Positions 49,893-63,796 of a DNA stretch of 64,000 nucleotides are shown here, in pieces. The translations under genes and the position numbers were made by a program. Below the pieces are notes generated by a model. That model was not told the DNA's origin and searched no databases. It was given only the letters and a program-made list of their open reading frames with translations. Location: NCBI GenBank assembly GCA_043228905.1, contig JBHGNT010000007.1, positions 806,001-870,000 of the forward strand. Reading direction: 5' to 3'. The stretch comes from Azolla caroliniana. Its lineage: Eukaryota > Plantae > Polypodiophyta. Each line of letters opens with the position of its first letter. Within the stretch, counting starts at the first letter, position 1.

Positions 49893-52800
49893 TGTTGTAA
49901 ACGGTGCTCGGCCACAACCGAGGAATAGGATCAACTCCAGAAAATAGGAAATACAAAGTACACGAAGACTATAGAGAGAAGAGTACACAGGATATTTTAC
50001 GTGGAAAACCCTAAACAGGAAAAACCACGGGAGTACAAGACTCCAAACCAACACTATACAGAGAAGTATACAATGACGAGCTGCAAGGCGACGACCTTGA
50101 GCTCGCTGTCCTCGCCACAGGCGGCGGAAATACACAGAGGCGTCTACCTCTTCGTCTCTCGCGCTCTATCTCTCTCTCTCTCTCTCACGGCTGCTCTCTC
50201 TTCACTACCCTTGAGTGGAAAAACAGAAAATGAGTAGCAACGCTAAAACTGTTTGCCCTAAGTCATATTTATACACATATGACTTTGGGCTATTTACAAC
50301 TATAGCCTCAGGGGCCCATAGCGAACATATTCACGGATATGTCCCTACATCCGGATCGCTCTCCGGGTACATTCGTCATCCGGCACCGTAACCGGGGTCT
50401 TCATCATCCGGCTCCGTAACCGGGGTCTTCATCATCCGGCTCCGTAACCGGGGTCTTCATCATCCGGCTCCGTAACTGCAACCGGGCTTGCCGTCATTCA
50501 TCTCCGGACATCCCATCCGGAGGGACCGAAATCCCAACAAACTCCCCCTTCACTTCGGCATGGGATGTCTCTCCAACCCGATCCTCTTCCGGCATGCTTC
50601 CAGCTTGTCGGGTGTGAGCACCTTGGTCAGCATATCTGACCCGTTCTCGTCCGTGTGAATCTTCGTCAGCACAAACTCCTTGTCTTCTATCCTTTCCCGG
50701 ATCCAGTGGTATCTACGCTGGATGTGTTTCGTCCGGGAATGGTAGGCCGCGTTCTTCGCAAGGTGGATGGCACTCTGACTATCGCAGTAGAGTCGGTACT
50801 CCTCCTGTTGAATACCGAGCTCTCTAATGAAGTCCTTCATCCATATTATTTCCTTGCCGGCTTCAACAGCCGCCATGTACTCCGCCTCCGTGGTTGACAA
50901 TGCAACCGTCTTCTGCAGCCTCGACTGCCATGAAACAGCTCCCCCTGCATACGTCATCACATACCCTGATGTGGACCGGCTGGTATCTGCATCAGCCGAC
51001 ATATCCGAATCGGTGAAACCGTCGAGTTCGGGTTTACCGGAGCCGAATCGGAGGCACACATTCGCTGTGCCCTTCAGGTATCGGAGTATCCACTTGACCG
51101 CGTTCCAATGCTCTTTGCCGGGATTGCTCATGTACCGGCTCACCACTCCGACTGCATATCCGATGTCCGGTCTCGTACACACCATGGCGTACATCAAGCT
51201 CCCGACGGCTGAGGCATACGGCACTTTCATCATATCCTCCTTTTCAGCCTTTGTCTTGGGACTTTGCTTGCTGGACAGCTTGCAGTTTGTCGGGAGGGTC
51301 GATCCGACCGGTCTTGCTTCCGACATGTTGAACCGTTTAAGCACCTTTGTCACGTACTTCTCTTGTGACAGCCACAACTGCTTCTTGCTCCGGTCCCGGA
51401 TGATGTGCATCCCTAGTATTTGTCTCGCCGGACCCAGGTCCTTCATTGAGAAGGTTCGGTGAAGAGCCTTCTTCAGCATCCGGATCTTGACCTGGTCCCG
51501 TCCGACGATCAACATGTCGTCCACGTACAGGAGGAGTATTAGAAAGTCTCCTCCTTCGAACTTCTTCACAAACACGCAGTGGTCGGACTGCGTTTTGAGG
51601 TACCCTTCGTCGGTCATGAAGGAGTCGAACTTCCGGTACCATTGCCGGGGAGCCTGCTTCAGTCCGTAAAGGCTCTTCTTCAACCGGCATACCAGGTGCT
51701 CCTTCCCTTTCTTCTCGAATCCTTCCGGTTGCTGCATGTAGATCTCTTCATCGAGGTCGCCGTGAAGGAATGCCGTCTTCACGTCCATCTGTTCTACCTC
51801 GAGGTCCATGCTCGCCGCTATGCTCAGCACCGTCCGGATGGAGGTCATCTTCACTACCGGGGCAAATATCTCGTCGAAGTCGACGCCCTTCTTCTGCTGA
51901 AACCCCTTCACCACGATCCTGGCTTTGTATCTCGGGGGGTTTCCGGCATCTCCCGATTTCAGCTTGAACACCCACTTGTTTCGAAGTGCCCGCTTTCCTT
52001 TCGGCAACTCCACAAGTTCATATGTGTGGTTCTCATGCAGGGAATCCATCTCGTCCTGCATGGCATTCAACCACCTGCGGCTCTGGGTGTCATGTTTTGC
52101 TTCTTCAAAGCTCTCCGGCTCCCCCTCGTCGGTTAGCAACACGTGCTCTGGTTCCGGAAATCTCCGGGGGGCCCTTCTCTCTCTTTGAGGGTATCTCCGT
52201 TTCGGAGCTTCGGTAACCGGTTCTTCCGATTCTTCTTCTTCATCCGAATCCATTTCGGGATCGGGCCGGTTCCGGTATCATTTTCATCTTCTTCGGCCGG
52301 TTCTGTTTCTTCACCGTCTTCGGCCGGGTCCTCGAGTGCTAACCGGTCCTTTGCCGGTCGGGACTGCTCCTCGTAGAGTTGATCCTCACCGGTCGACTTG
52401 GAGCTCTTCATCTTCTTCTCCGACTCCCAGTCGGCGAGTGTCTTGTTCTCCATGAAGATGATATCACGACTCCGGAATATCTTCTTGTCGACCGGGTCCC
52501 ATACTCGGTAGCCGAACTCGTCGTCGCCGTAACCGAGGAATATGCATGGCCGGGTCTTCGGATCTAGCTTTCCTCTCCGGTCCTTTGCCACATGCACGTA
52601 TGCGAGACACCCGAACACCTTCAGATGCCGGTAGGACACTTCCTTACCGGTCCACACTTTCTGCGGCGTGTCTCCGTCCAAAGGTACTGAGGGTGATCTG
52701 TTTATCACGTATGTCGCCGTCGACATTGCCTCAGCCCAAAACCCCTTGGGTAATTTCGCATGCGCCAGCATACTCCGGACCCTCTCCATTATGGTCCGGT

Positions 52801-55275
52801 TCATCCTCTCGGCCAGCCCGTTCAGTTCCGGCGTCTTCGGCACAGTAAACTCGAGTCGGATTCCCTTCGAGCGACAGTACTCCTGGAACTGCCCCCGGTA
52901 TTCCCCTCCGTTATCCGCTCGTATCGCTTTCAGCTTCTTGCCGGATTCTCTTTCCACTCTCGCGTGGAGTTCTTTGAAGACGCACAACACTTGGTCCTTT
53001 GTCTTCAACGGTGCCGTCCACAGCTTCCGGCTGTGGTCATCAATGAATGTTACGAAGTACTGGGCTCCGCCATGTGACTTCGTTTCTACCTGACACACAT
53101 CAGTGTGCACCAACTCCAAAAGTGCGCTACGTCTCGTCGGTGGCCTTGAGTGGAAGGAGGTTCGGTTCTGTTTACCGGCCAGGCAATCGGTGCACTTCTC
53201 CAGGTGCACATGCTTCACTGGAATAAGGTTGTCTTCTGCAAGCCTCTTCATCCCCTTCTCACTCATGTGGCACAGTCTCTTGTGCCACAGCTCACCGGCA
53301 GTGTCGGCTGCCACGTTCAACTCTTCCGGACACAACCGGGCATTCATCAGGTACAGTGTGTTGTCTTTCCGGGCCCGAGCCACTATCAGGCTCCCCTTGC
53401 TGAACTTCATTACGCCGTTCCGGATGCTACCTGTGTAGCCTTCATCGTCTAGCCTCCCGGCCGAAATCAGGTTCAATCGAACCTCCGGAACGTGTCGAAC
53501 ATCCTTCAGCAGCATTTTGCATCCGGTCGGGGTTGTCAACCACACGTCTCCGATGCCGGCAATCCGGCACGTACCTTCATTTCCCATTCGAACACAGCCA
53601 TGCTCACCGGCTGTGTAGGATGAGAAGTATCTTCTCTCCGGGGTCAGGTGGAACGATGCTCCGGAATCGACCACCCAGGTCGTCTCATCGCCGGCAATGT
53701 TTAGCTCACCTTCTTCGGTGATGAGCATAATTTCTTCTTCACTTGCCGCGAGTGCCGTCGTTCCTTTCCGGTCCTGCCCTCGCCGATCCGGACCTCTCCG
53801 GTCCGTGGCTCCCCGGTATGCACCGTTTCTCTCCGGTGACTTCTTCGAATCGGTGTCGTCGGCTCCGTTGTCTTTTCGGTAATGCCGACAATTCTTTCGA
53901 AAGTGCCCCGGCTTCCCACAGTGGAAGCATGTGGGCCTTCCTCTTGACTGCGACCGGGTCCCCGACTTCTCCCGTCTTTGCGGACTCCGGTTCCATTGTC
54001 TTCCCCGATCCGATTCGGCAAGCAGCATCTTCTGATCAGAAACCGGTTCTTTATCTCTCCGACGCGCTTCTTCGTTCAAAATACTTGTCTTTACCGTTTG
54101 TAGAGACAGGTTATCTTCGGTGCAGGAGGTGCTGAGAGTCACCACCAAGTTCTCCCAGCTTTCCGGCAATGTACACATCAGAATGATGGCTTGCATTGCA
54201 TCCTCCAACGGGAACTTGATCGCCGCAAGCTGGTTCACGAATCCCATGAACGTGCTTACGTGTTCCACCATACTCTCGCCGTCCCGGTACTTGAGGTTCA
54301 CTATCTTTCTCATCAGGGAGGTCCGGTTCAACGCATTCTTCCTCTCGTAGAGGCCCGACAGCTTCCGCCACATCTCATATGCGTTGGTGTCGTTCGCCAC
54401 GTGTTGTAGAACGCTCACGTCGACGTATTGCCGAATGGTTGCAACGGCTTTCCGGTTCAGAAGCCTCCACTCCGTCTCAAGTACCCCCTTGGGTATTTCC
54501 GACCTGTCGATCGGTTCATACAGGTCCCGAACAATGAGCAGATCCTCCATCTTTATCTTCCAGTCGGCGTAGTTCTGCGCATTTAGCACCATCATCCCCG
54601 GCTGCCCGCTGCTGCCGCCTTCCATTTTCTGTGTTACCGTCGCTCTGATACCACTTTGTTGTAAACGGTGCTCGGCCACAACCGAGGAATAGGATCAACT
54701 CCAGAAAATAGGAAATACAAAGTACACGAAGACTATAGAGAGAAGAGTACACAGGATATTTTACGTGGAAAACCCTAAACAGGAAAAACCACGGGAGTAC
54801 AAGACTCCAAACCAACACTATACAGAGAAGTATACAATGACGAGCTGCAAGGCGACGACCTTGAGCTCGCTGTCCTCGCCACAGGCGGCGGAAATACACA
54901 GAGGCGTCTACCTCTTCGTCTCTCGCGCTCTATCTCTCTCTCTCTCTCTCACGGCTGCTCTCTCTTCACTACCCTTGAGTGGAAAAACAGAAAATGAGTA
55001 GCAACGCTAAAACTGTTTGCCCTAAGTCATATTTATACACATATGACTTTGGGCTATTTACAACTATAGCCTCAGGGGCCCATAGCGAACATATTCACGG
55101 ATATGTCCCTACATCCGGATCGCTCTCCGGGTACATTCGTCATCCGGCACCGTAACCGGGGTCTTCATCATCCGGCTCCGTAACCGGGGTCTTCATCATC
55201 CGGCTCCGTAACTGCAACCGGGCTTGCCGTCATTCATCTCCGGACATCCCATCCGGAGGGACCGAAATCCCAACA
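49893..55275 (-). mobile_element. Very young full-length Tork/Tnt1-like Copia
   Basis: LTRs 49893-50539 (647 bp) and 54657-55275 (619 bp), apparently identical except for one 28-bp repeat unit; TSD TTTCA at 49888-49892 and 55276-55280; PBS TGGTATCAGAGC 54642-54653; PPT next to 50540. Confidence 0.96.
50550..54625 (-). CDS. Gag-Pol polyprotein with a single 1-nt frameshift near 52260
   Basis: MEGGSSG start at 54625; CFHCGKPGHFRKNC, VDSGAS, integrase DDHS/DNGGEY/AERMN, RT YVDDML, RNase H TDSD..AEY..HSRTKHI. Confidence 0.92.
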
Positions 55276-58200
55276 TTTCAATGCTCTAAAAACACTACAA
55301 TGTAATAATCTAGTCCATGGTTTGCCAAAAGAACCTTTCAAGCCCATCTCTTTGTGTGAAAGTTGTATCCTTGGGAAAATGCCCCAACAACCATTCCCAA
55401 AGCATAGATCTAGAGCCACTACCCCTCTTGCATTAGTACATAGTGATCTATGTGGACCTTTTCCAACCCCTTCTCTTAGTGGAGCCAAATATTTCATTAG
55501 CTTTATAGATGACTTTAGTTGATTTGCAATCTTGCATTTTCTCAAGTACGAAAGTCAAGCTTATCAAGCATTCAAAGAATACAAGGCTCGAGTCGAAGTG
55601 CAAACATCATCAAAGATTAAAAGTCTTCAAACCGATGGTGGTGGTGAGTATATGTCTCATGAATTTCAAAGTTTATATCAAAATGAAGGCATACATCATA
55701 GAATATCAACACCACACACCGCAACAAAATGGTGTATCCGAAAGGAAGAATAGATCACTTCTCAATATGGCTCGAAGTATGTTACAATTTGCTCACTTAT
55801 CACCTCAATTTTGGGAGGAAGCGGTTGGCACCGCTTGCTATATTCAAATCGAGGATTTCATAGATCCTTGGGGCTCCAAACCCCTTATGAACTATGGCAT
55901 GGTCACAAACCTAACTTCAGTAACCTTCGTATTTTTGGTTGTGATGCTTATGCTTTTGTGCCAAATGTTCAAAGAAATAAGCTAGATCCAAGGGCTACAA
56001 AATCCACTTTCATCGGATATGGAGAAGCTTCGGGATACAAGGCATACAAGCTCTATGATCCACAAAAACGAAGAATATTCTTTAGCCATAATGTCATATT
56101 CCAAGAAAATTGGCCTTCTACAAAGGTTTCTTCTTCACTCTCTTCTAATCTACCTCCCTTATTACCTATCCCTACCCACTTACAACCATCTTCCTCAACC
56201 ATCTCTAATATTAATAGCTCTCATATTGAAGGAGCCAACATTAGCTCATCCTCTACTTCCACTATTTGTGTTGCTCTTCCATCTATTCACAAGGCAAAGA
56301 TCAATCCTACTCAACCAACTAATTCTTCTTCTCATCTTCCCTCATTCCAAGCTCTAGATGATTCTCTTTCTCATACTCCTTTAAATACACATTGTTTAAC
56401 TCCCTCAAATAATATAAATAATGTTTTCTCCATTACCTCTCCTAATCCTTCATTCCAAGCGTCATCACCAACTTCTCCACCAAACTCTCCACCTCTAAAG
56501 TATAGATCTCTAAGTAGTATTTATGAACAACTTGATCAAATGGAAGCACATTTCATGGACTTGGACCATGAAGCTTATATTCAAGAAGAAGATATTCCAA
56601 CCCTTAGTGATGACATAAATCTATTGGCCAAAGATGCACTTTCCGGATCGGATTCTATCAAATGGAGAAAGGCTATGGAAGAAGAAATGAAGGCTTTACT
56701 TAAAAATGGTACGTGGACCCTCATTGAGCCTCCAAAAGATCGACAAATAATTGGTTTAAATGGGTCTTACGCATAAAGCGAGATAGTAATGGCAATCCAA
56801 TTTGTTTCAAGGCTCGTGTAGTTGCTCGAGGATTTTCGCAAGTACTAGGTATTGATTTTCAAGATACATTTAGTCCAACGCTAAAAATATGTGGTTTTCG
56901 AATGCTCGTTGCTCTTGCCGCACAACATGATCTAGAATTGCATCATTTGGATGTACAAACGGCTTTTCTTCATGGAGATTTAGATGAAGAACTTTATCTT
57001 CAACAACCACAATTTTTTGAAGATCCAAGTCATCCGACACATGTTTGTCGACTTCGTAAATCTATTTACGGCCTTAAGCAATCTCCACACATGTGGCATC
57101 ACAAACTACACTCTTTTCTTATAAAAGTTGGATATCATCGTCTAAACAATGAGCCAAATATCTATGTTAGAAAAGCCAAATCCAATTTTGTTATCATAGG
57201 TGTCTATGTTGATGATTTGCCTTTGATCTCTAACTCTAAATTTTATCTAGCTATTGCAAAGAAGGAACTTGCATATGTTTTTCCTATTTCCGATTTAGGC
57301 CCTATGACCCATTTTCTAGGCATCAAAATAACTCAAAATAGAACAAATCATACTATCTCATTATCACAATCAAATTATATTAATTCTATCCTCCAAAGAT
57401 TTGATATGCTCCATAGTAAACCTATTAATACTCCTCTTACCTCTCCATGTAAACTATCAAATGATGATTCTCCCAAAAATGAACGAGAAATTTTCGAAAT
57501 GAAGGATGTACCCTATAAGCAAATCCTTGGGTGTATAAGATATCTAGTAAGTTGCACAAGTCCCGATATTTGCTTTGCCACCGGTTTTCTTTCTCGTTTC
57601 ATGGCTAATCCAGGACCAAAGCATTGGATCGCACTCAAAAGATTACTACGATACTTGAAGCATACTCAACATTATGCGTTGACTTACTCCGCCACACAAT
57701 CCGAGTCAACCACACTTGTGCAAGGATGGACAAATCCCTCTGGCCAACTAATTGGTTGGTCAGACTCGGATTGGAGGGGAGATGTAGACGATCGCAAGTC
57801 AACAGGTAGATATGTTTACACACTCGATGGCGCTGCAATTTCATGGAAGTCGAAGAAACAAACTACCGTAGCATTGTCATCCACCGAAGCTGAATATGTT
57901 GCCGCGGCTTTTGCGGCTAAAGAAGGCATATGGATTAAAGCTATGCTCAATGAATTTAAGTTATTTACTATTCCACCAGTGACTTTATTTTGTGATAATC
58001 AATCTTGCATCAAGTTAGCCAACAATCCGAAGATGAGCGACAATATTCGTCATGTGGATTTGAAGCATCACTTTCTTCGTGATCTTATTGAAACGAAGAA
58101 GATAGAATTAAAGTTTGCTCCCACTCATCAAATGTGGGCCAATTTTCTAACGAAGCCTCTTCAACATTCTAAGCACATTATTTGTTCCAAGCAAGTTGGA

Positions 58201-58440
58201 TTAATTGATGTAATCGAAGATAAAGATGAAAACCTACACTTCTAGAAATTTTTGCTTAGGGGGGAGTGAGGAAAATAATAAGCAAAAATAAAATAAAATA
58301 TATTAATATATAGTTCTTATGAAATCGGTTTCCTTTCATGAGAAGGAAACCGTAAGTCTATTGGTGGGTCTTATAAAGCCACCACCAACGTTGTATTCAT
58401 TCTTGGGCATTATAATAATAAAACGCTTTCCGTGTTTCCC

Positions 58441-58488
<48 letters not shown>

Positions 58489-59143
58489 TTCTTTCTATCT
58501 CTCTTTCTTTTCTTTCCCAACAAAAGGGTACAAATCCACAAATATTCTCACTTCCACTTCAGTTTAATCTAGTCTAATCGCCATGCTAATTAAACACTGA
58601 GCACTTAATGAAAATAAAACGAAGCTCGATAAAGAAAATTATGAAGCCTCAATGTAGTAGTTTAAGTGCGTGCATGCTAGCACAATAATGAGGACTACTT
58701 ATATGGAAACATAACCAAAACCATGATCAATGGCTGATTAAGGAGTAGATGGGAAAGAAAACAATGGACACAAGAAGCATATATATAGTCGATGTATATA
58801 AGAAAAGCATGGAATTACGGTAGATGTGGATGTAGCGGGTTGGAGAATGAATATAATAACGATATAGAAGGAGTGTGGACATATAGACTTGCATGATGCA
58901 TACTACATTCATATTATATACATACTCGGGGTAGGATATACATATCTGTATACATCTGTATGTTAATGTATGTTATGTAGGTGAAAAGGAGGCTGCAATG
59001 GTGATTGAATTGAGTGTGAAGGAAAATGGCTACTGGAAGAAAAGGTAGAAATATTATACAAAGGGAGTCTGCTGAGTGTGTAAGGGTAAAGAACCAAAAT
59101 AACAGACAAGAAGGAGAGAGAGATCTATATGTATAGAGAGATA

Positions 59144-60616
59144 TTATATGGTAGCATACTGGTCATAGGAACACTTGTGCCAATCAGAGATGGTGAGATA
59201 CAGAGCGCTCGAGAAGGCCACCACCATCACGACGAGCCGAATGAAGTTGCACATTTTGTTCCAAAGCTTATTCGGAGAACACACTTGTAGACCGGTAAAA
59301 GTGACAACGATATAAAAGCATAGATATGGCACCTGAACAATTCCCTTACCACAGTTAAGGACATCCCGATTTCCGAAAGATTGAACGAGGCTTGGAAGAA
59401 TGATCCAGCACACTAAATAGTCGAAGGCAATGACGGAGAATAGTCGCCAATATCTTTTGATGTGTAATGCCCCTACAGATATTAGTGTCGCAGGAGGAGG
59501 AGGATCAGGATTGTCGCAACGCCATTGTGGCCGTCGTGCGGACATATCGCTAGAAATGCGATGGATTGTATCGGGTGTAAGGTGGATGAGGAGGGGTTTC
59601 CGAATACTGTACGTGATGCCCAAGAGATGGGTTAGTGCGCGCCTGAGCATAGGGACCGCATAGAACATGGCGATGGACTCTATGGGGCTGATGCTTACCC
59701 CCTTTCTCCAGCGATTGTAGACACTGTAGAGAAAGCCGACAGCTTGGACCAGGAGGACAATGGTCGCGAACAGAGTGGTGTTCACCGCCCCTCTCGCATC
59801 ACTCAGTATGGAGCCGCTTCGCTCCCACAAAGGCGATACAATCCCGAGACCGGATTTCAATAGCCGGGGGAGCGGTCGATGAGCTACTACGCCTGCATCA
59901 TCCTCAGCGGCAGAAGCAGACTGGGCTTGAGTCGAATGGAGGACTCCCCATTCCAGCAGCCTCAATGCCGCTTTTCTTGTCCCGTGGCTTTCCGATGAAG
60001 AAACTGCGTAGCGCAGCAATCCCATATCCGGCCTCGTCTTCACCTTCAAGATTGTTGCAATCTTCTTCGCGACATTGCAGCTGAGCGGAACCTCGCCCAC
60101 GATCAAATGACTGTTCTTCACTATGTCCTTCTTTGTTTTCTTGTCCGTCACTTCCTTAGTAAATTCCTCAGGGATGAGCTCCCGCACCAACGCCATCAAA
60201 TCTCCTCCTCCATTGGCAGCTGCATTTGTAACAGGAAGTGGTGGTTCTAGGTAGATGTAGAATTGGCAACATGCTACCATCATCCGACTCTCTCTATCCA
60301 CATCAACTAATTCTCCATCTAAGTAAGACTCGGTTTGCAAGTTGAAGGCATCGGTAATCGAGAGTAGCATCGATTCCATGATAGTGTCGAGTATTGTGGA
60401 GACGAATCGAATTATGATGTCGAATACCCGATTGTTGCCATCGATTCCCAGTTTCGTGCTGCCATGTTTCAAAGCATTGTAAACCGTTTTATGGCGCTCC
60501 TCGATTTGGGACCTGTCCAGGGACCAATCCCAAATCTCTGCAGTGTAAACCAGGAACGTGGACACTGCTGCCCAAATGGTAAAAAATCGTGACCTGGTAC
60601 AATATGAGTCATCCAT
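59144..60616 (-). CDS. Intronless 490-aa multipass membrane protein of unknown function
   Basis: Long clean ORF, GC-richer than flanks, about 6 hydrophobic segments (1 N-terminal, about 5 C-terminal), no TE domains; degraded paralog at 30780-30926. Confidence 0.85.
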   Translation of the reverse strand: MDDSYCTRSRFFTIWAAVSTFLVYTAEIWDWSLDRSQIEERHKTVYNALKHGSTKLGIDGNNRVFDIIIRFVSTILDTIMESMLLSITDAFNLQTESYLDGELVDVDRESRMMVACCQFYIYLEPPLPVTNAAANGGGDLMALVRELIPEEFTKEVTDKKTKKDIVKNSHLIVGEVPLSCNVAKKIATILKVKTRPDMGLLRYAVSSSESHGTRKAALRLLEWGVLHSTQAQSASAAEDDAGVVAHRPLPRLLKSGLGIVSPLWERSGSILSDARGAVNTTLFATIVLLVQAVGFLYSVYNRWRKGVSISPIESIAMFYAVPMLRRALTHLLGITYSIRKPLLIHLTPDTIHRISSDMSARRPQWRCDNPDPPPPATLISVGALHIKRYWRLFSVIAFDYLVCWIILPSLVQSFGNRDVLNCGKGIVQVPYLCFYIVVTFTGLQVCSPNKLWNKMCNFIRLVVMVVAFSSALYLTISDWHKCSYDQYATI

Positions 60617-60800
60617 GCTGTTATAACTTATTATTATTATTGTTATTCAATAATGCAGCTCACACTGCCAAATCTCACTTAATATCTCTATTAAGTATTA
60701 TACACATACATTTTAAACACCCTTATTTCACTACCACCTTATTATATTTGAAGATAATTTAGGTTTCCATTGTACACCTTATATATATATGTAATCAATA

Positions 60801-60829
<29 letters not shown>

Positions 60830-60832
<3 letters not shown>

Positions 60833-63540
60833 ACATATACATTACCCTAGAATAGATATGCATTACACTTTTGATGGAGTGATATTGACTCATAGTACGG
60901 AAAACTCAAGAACAAACAAACGATCATGGCTTATATTTGCTCTTCACTTGCTCTTAAGCATTCTTAGCCGTCATTTCTAGATGCTCACCACCACTTTCAG
61001 AAACAAAAATAAGTAGATTCTATGGTTAGGAGTTGGAGTGAATATACCTCCTCTTTTCCTCTTCCCCCCTTGAGAGATGGAAAGTGAAGGTAGGTTACAA
61101 AGAGACTATCAATCACAAAGTATACAAGATTCTATAAAGTGACATCCAATATTACCAAACCAATGCAATGATATAATGTCAATGTTTGGAACGGTTGTTA
61201 AAAAGGATAAGCTTTTGAAAAAAACAGAATGAATTGTGACACTTACCGCGAGGATGTGAATATACCTCTTTCTTCTCCTCAAGAAGTACATGTGTTAAAT
61301 ATGTTTTGGAGTGAATATACCTCTTCTTTTCCTCCTCCCACCTTGAGAAACAAAGAGATTGATTCGTGAAGGTGCGTCCCAAAGTTGGGATGACAAAAGT
61401 TGTTTTGTCAGCTATTTATGACGCGAATACATTGGCATCCGATATTGCGTAACCGATGATATAATGCCCGGGTGTAAAACTATTGTTAAAAATGACAACC
61501 GTTTGAAATAAAAGGAGTGAATCGTGAGTCCTCTTACCACCTTAAGAAACAAGGAGATTGAATGGTAAAGGTAAATCTCAAGGTCTCTTTGTACTTGGCT
61601 TCAATAGCAATCATAGAGTTAGGATGCCAAAGCTAGTTTTGTTGGCTATTCTATAAAGTGAATAACGCGACATGCAATATTGCGTAGCTGATGATATAAT
61701 GCCCATGTTTGGAACCAATGATATTATAAGCTAGGTCCTAGTCCTAAGGTCTCTTTGTATTTGGCATGAGTATCAATAACAAAATACGAACACAAGACTA
61801 CACTCGTGATGTGGTTTCGTTGAACATTGTATAAAGTGAACAACACGTGATTGAAGATTACCAACCACCATCAATGTAATGCCTATCTCTGGATTGATTC
61901 CTAAATGAAAACCTTTCGAAACATAAAAGAAAGTTGATTGTGATATTGACAAGTAGGGATTGTAACCCTAATTACCCTCAAGAAGTACTTATGAGCAGAG
62001 AATATATGTAAAGAGATTGAATGAATAAAGTAGGCACCACAGTCTGCTCTTAGTTGAAGTGAGTATTAGTCACAAGTTTTGGATGTCAAACTTGATTGGC
62101 CTAGTGGTTTTGTTTGTTTCTTTATGTATAAACTACTAATATAAAATTGTGTTATTTACATGTTGGCGTGGAAATACCTCTACTTTTCCTCTTGACCCCT
62201 TCAAAAACAAGAAAGAGTGAATTGTCTTAATTTTGGGGGGTGATTATACCTCTTCTTTTCCTCTTGATCCCTTGAGAAACAAGAAAGAGTGAATTGTCGT
62301 AATTGTGAGGAGTGATTATACCTCTTCTTTTCCTCTTGATCCCTTGAGAAACAAGAAAGAGTGAATTGTCGTAATTTTGAGGAGTGATTATACCTCTTCT
62401 TTTCCTTTCGACCCCTTGAGAAATAAACGGATAAATTGAATCATGCAAGTACGTCCCAAGGTTTCCTCTTACTTGGCATGATATAGATTGGAGAGTGGTT
62501 CTATTGGCATTTTAATAAAGTGAACAAAGTGTGGTCGAATATCGAATACCGCCAACCATACACAAAGTTAGGATGCTAGAGGTGCTTTCGTTGGCTATAG
62601 TATAAAGTGAATAAACTGGCATCCAATATTATCTAACAGATGGTAGAATGCCCATGTGTGGACAATCCTTACGCTTATGTCAAGAATTTGAATATACCTC
62701 TTTCTTCTCCTCAAGAAATGCATGTGTTACTTATGTTTTGGAGTAAATATATCATTTCTTTCCCTCTTCCTAGGTTTGAGAAACTAAGAGATTGAATCGT
62801 GAGGGTAGGTCTAAGGGTTTCTTTGTACTTGGCCTGAGTAGCAATCACAAAGTTACAATGCGAGAGGTGGTTTTGTTGCCTATACTATAAAGTGAATAAA
62901 CTAACATGTCCAATGTTGTCTAACAAATGGTAACATGAGTATCAATGGCAAGTTAAGTATGCCATACTAGATTAGCTTGGTGGTTTTCGTTGTTTGTTTA
63001 CTAGTAATGTGGAAACGTTGTTGATATCACTTAAAGAGTGAATATACCTCTCTCTTTTCCCTTGATGAACAAATTGTACTCCTTAATAATTGGAGTTCAT
63101 CTAGCTCAAAAGTCAATTGGGATACTAACAAGTTAGCGTGAAAATACTACTTTTTTTCTCTTGACCCCTTAGAAATAAGAAAGAGGGAATTGTCTTAATT
63201 TTGGTGAGTGATGATATCTCTTCTTTTCCTCTTGACCCCTTGAGAAACAAGAAAGAGGGACTTCCTTTAGTTTTGGGGAGTGATTATACCTCTTCTTTTC
63301 CTCTTGGCCCTTTGAGAAATAAATCCAAGATTTGAATCATGCACGTATGTCCCAAGGTCTCCTCTTACTTGGCATGAGTATAAATCACAAAGTTTAGACT
63401 AGAGAGGTGGTTGGTTCTAGTGGCCATTCTATAAAGTGAACAGAGTGTGGTCGAATATCGCCAACAACCCACAAAATGATTAGTAAACTACAAGAGTATC
63501 AATGACAAAGTAAGGATTGATGCAAGAGTACTAGATTGGC
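60830..63540 (-). repeat. Degenerate ~320-bp/72-bp repeat array upstream of the membrane gene
   Basis: CTCTTCTTTTCCTCTTGA at 72-bp spacing (~62250, 62322, 62394 and 63140-63320); ~320-bp monomers are reverse complements of 8770-9790. Confidence 0.85.
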
Positions 63541-63760
63541 GACGTTGCATCAATCAATCGAGTATCACCCCCCATCTTACATCCATCGAAATATCCAATA
63601 TTCCAAATATGAAAGTTCTAAAAGAATTTCCATTTCTTTCACTCTTGTTACCTCCCTTCCCCTAAACCCTTCCTATTTATATGACTATTCTCATGTACAG
63701 TTTCTTGCACTTATGCCCTAACCCTCCGGTTTTGAATTAAATTCAAAATACACAAATGTT

Positions 63761-63796
<36 letters not shown>

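Larger units (their letters stand above)
48001..58522 (+). mobile_element. Copia (Ale/Retrofit-like, short LTRs), degenerate, hosting a nested Tork element
   Basis: LTRs 48001-48253 and 58267-58522; PBS TGGTATCAGAGCC 48254-48266; PPT 58258-58266; near-TSD AAGGG (1-nt offset on the right); gag-PR 48452-49892, integrase 55281-56100 with S/P-rich linker, RT/RNase H 56902-58245 (YVDD). Confidence 0.92.

Noticed and set aside
50655-54572. Many plus-strand ORFs
   Set aside because: Antisense shadows of the GC-rich Copia polyprotein.
62170-62450. CRISPR-like array or repeat protein (ORF 62227-62448)
   Set aside because: 72-bp units are contiguous with no unique spacers and no cas genes; the context is eukaryotic; the ORF is a by-product of the repeat.
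63655-63725. Telomeric repeat (CCCTAAA/CCCTAA)
   Set aside because: Isolated single copies, at most telo-box-like; the same applies to TAGGGTTT at ~32340-32480.
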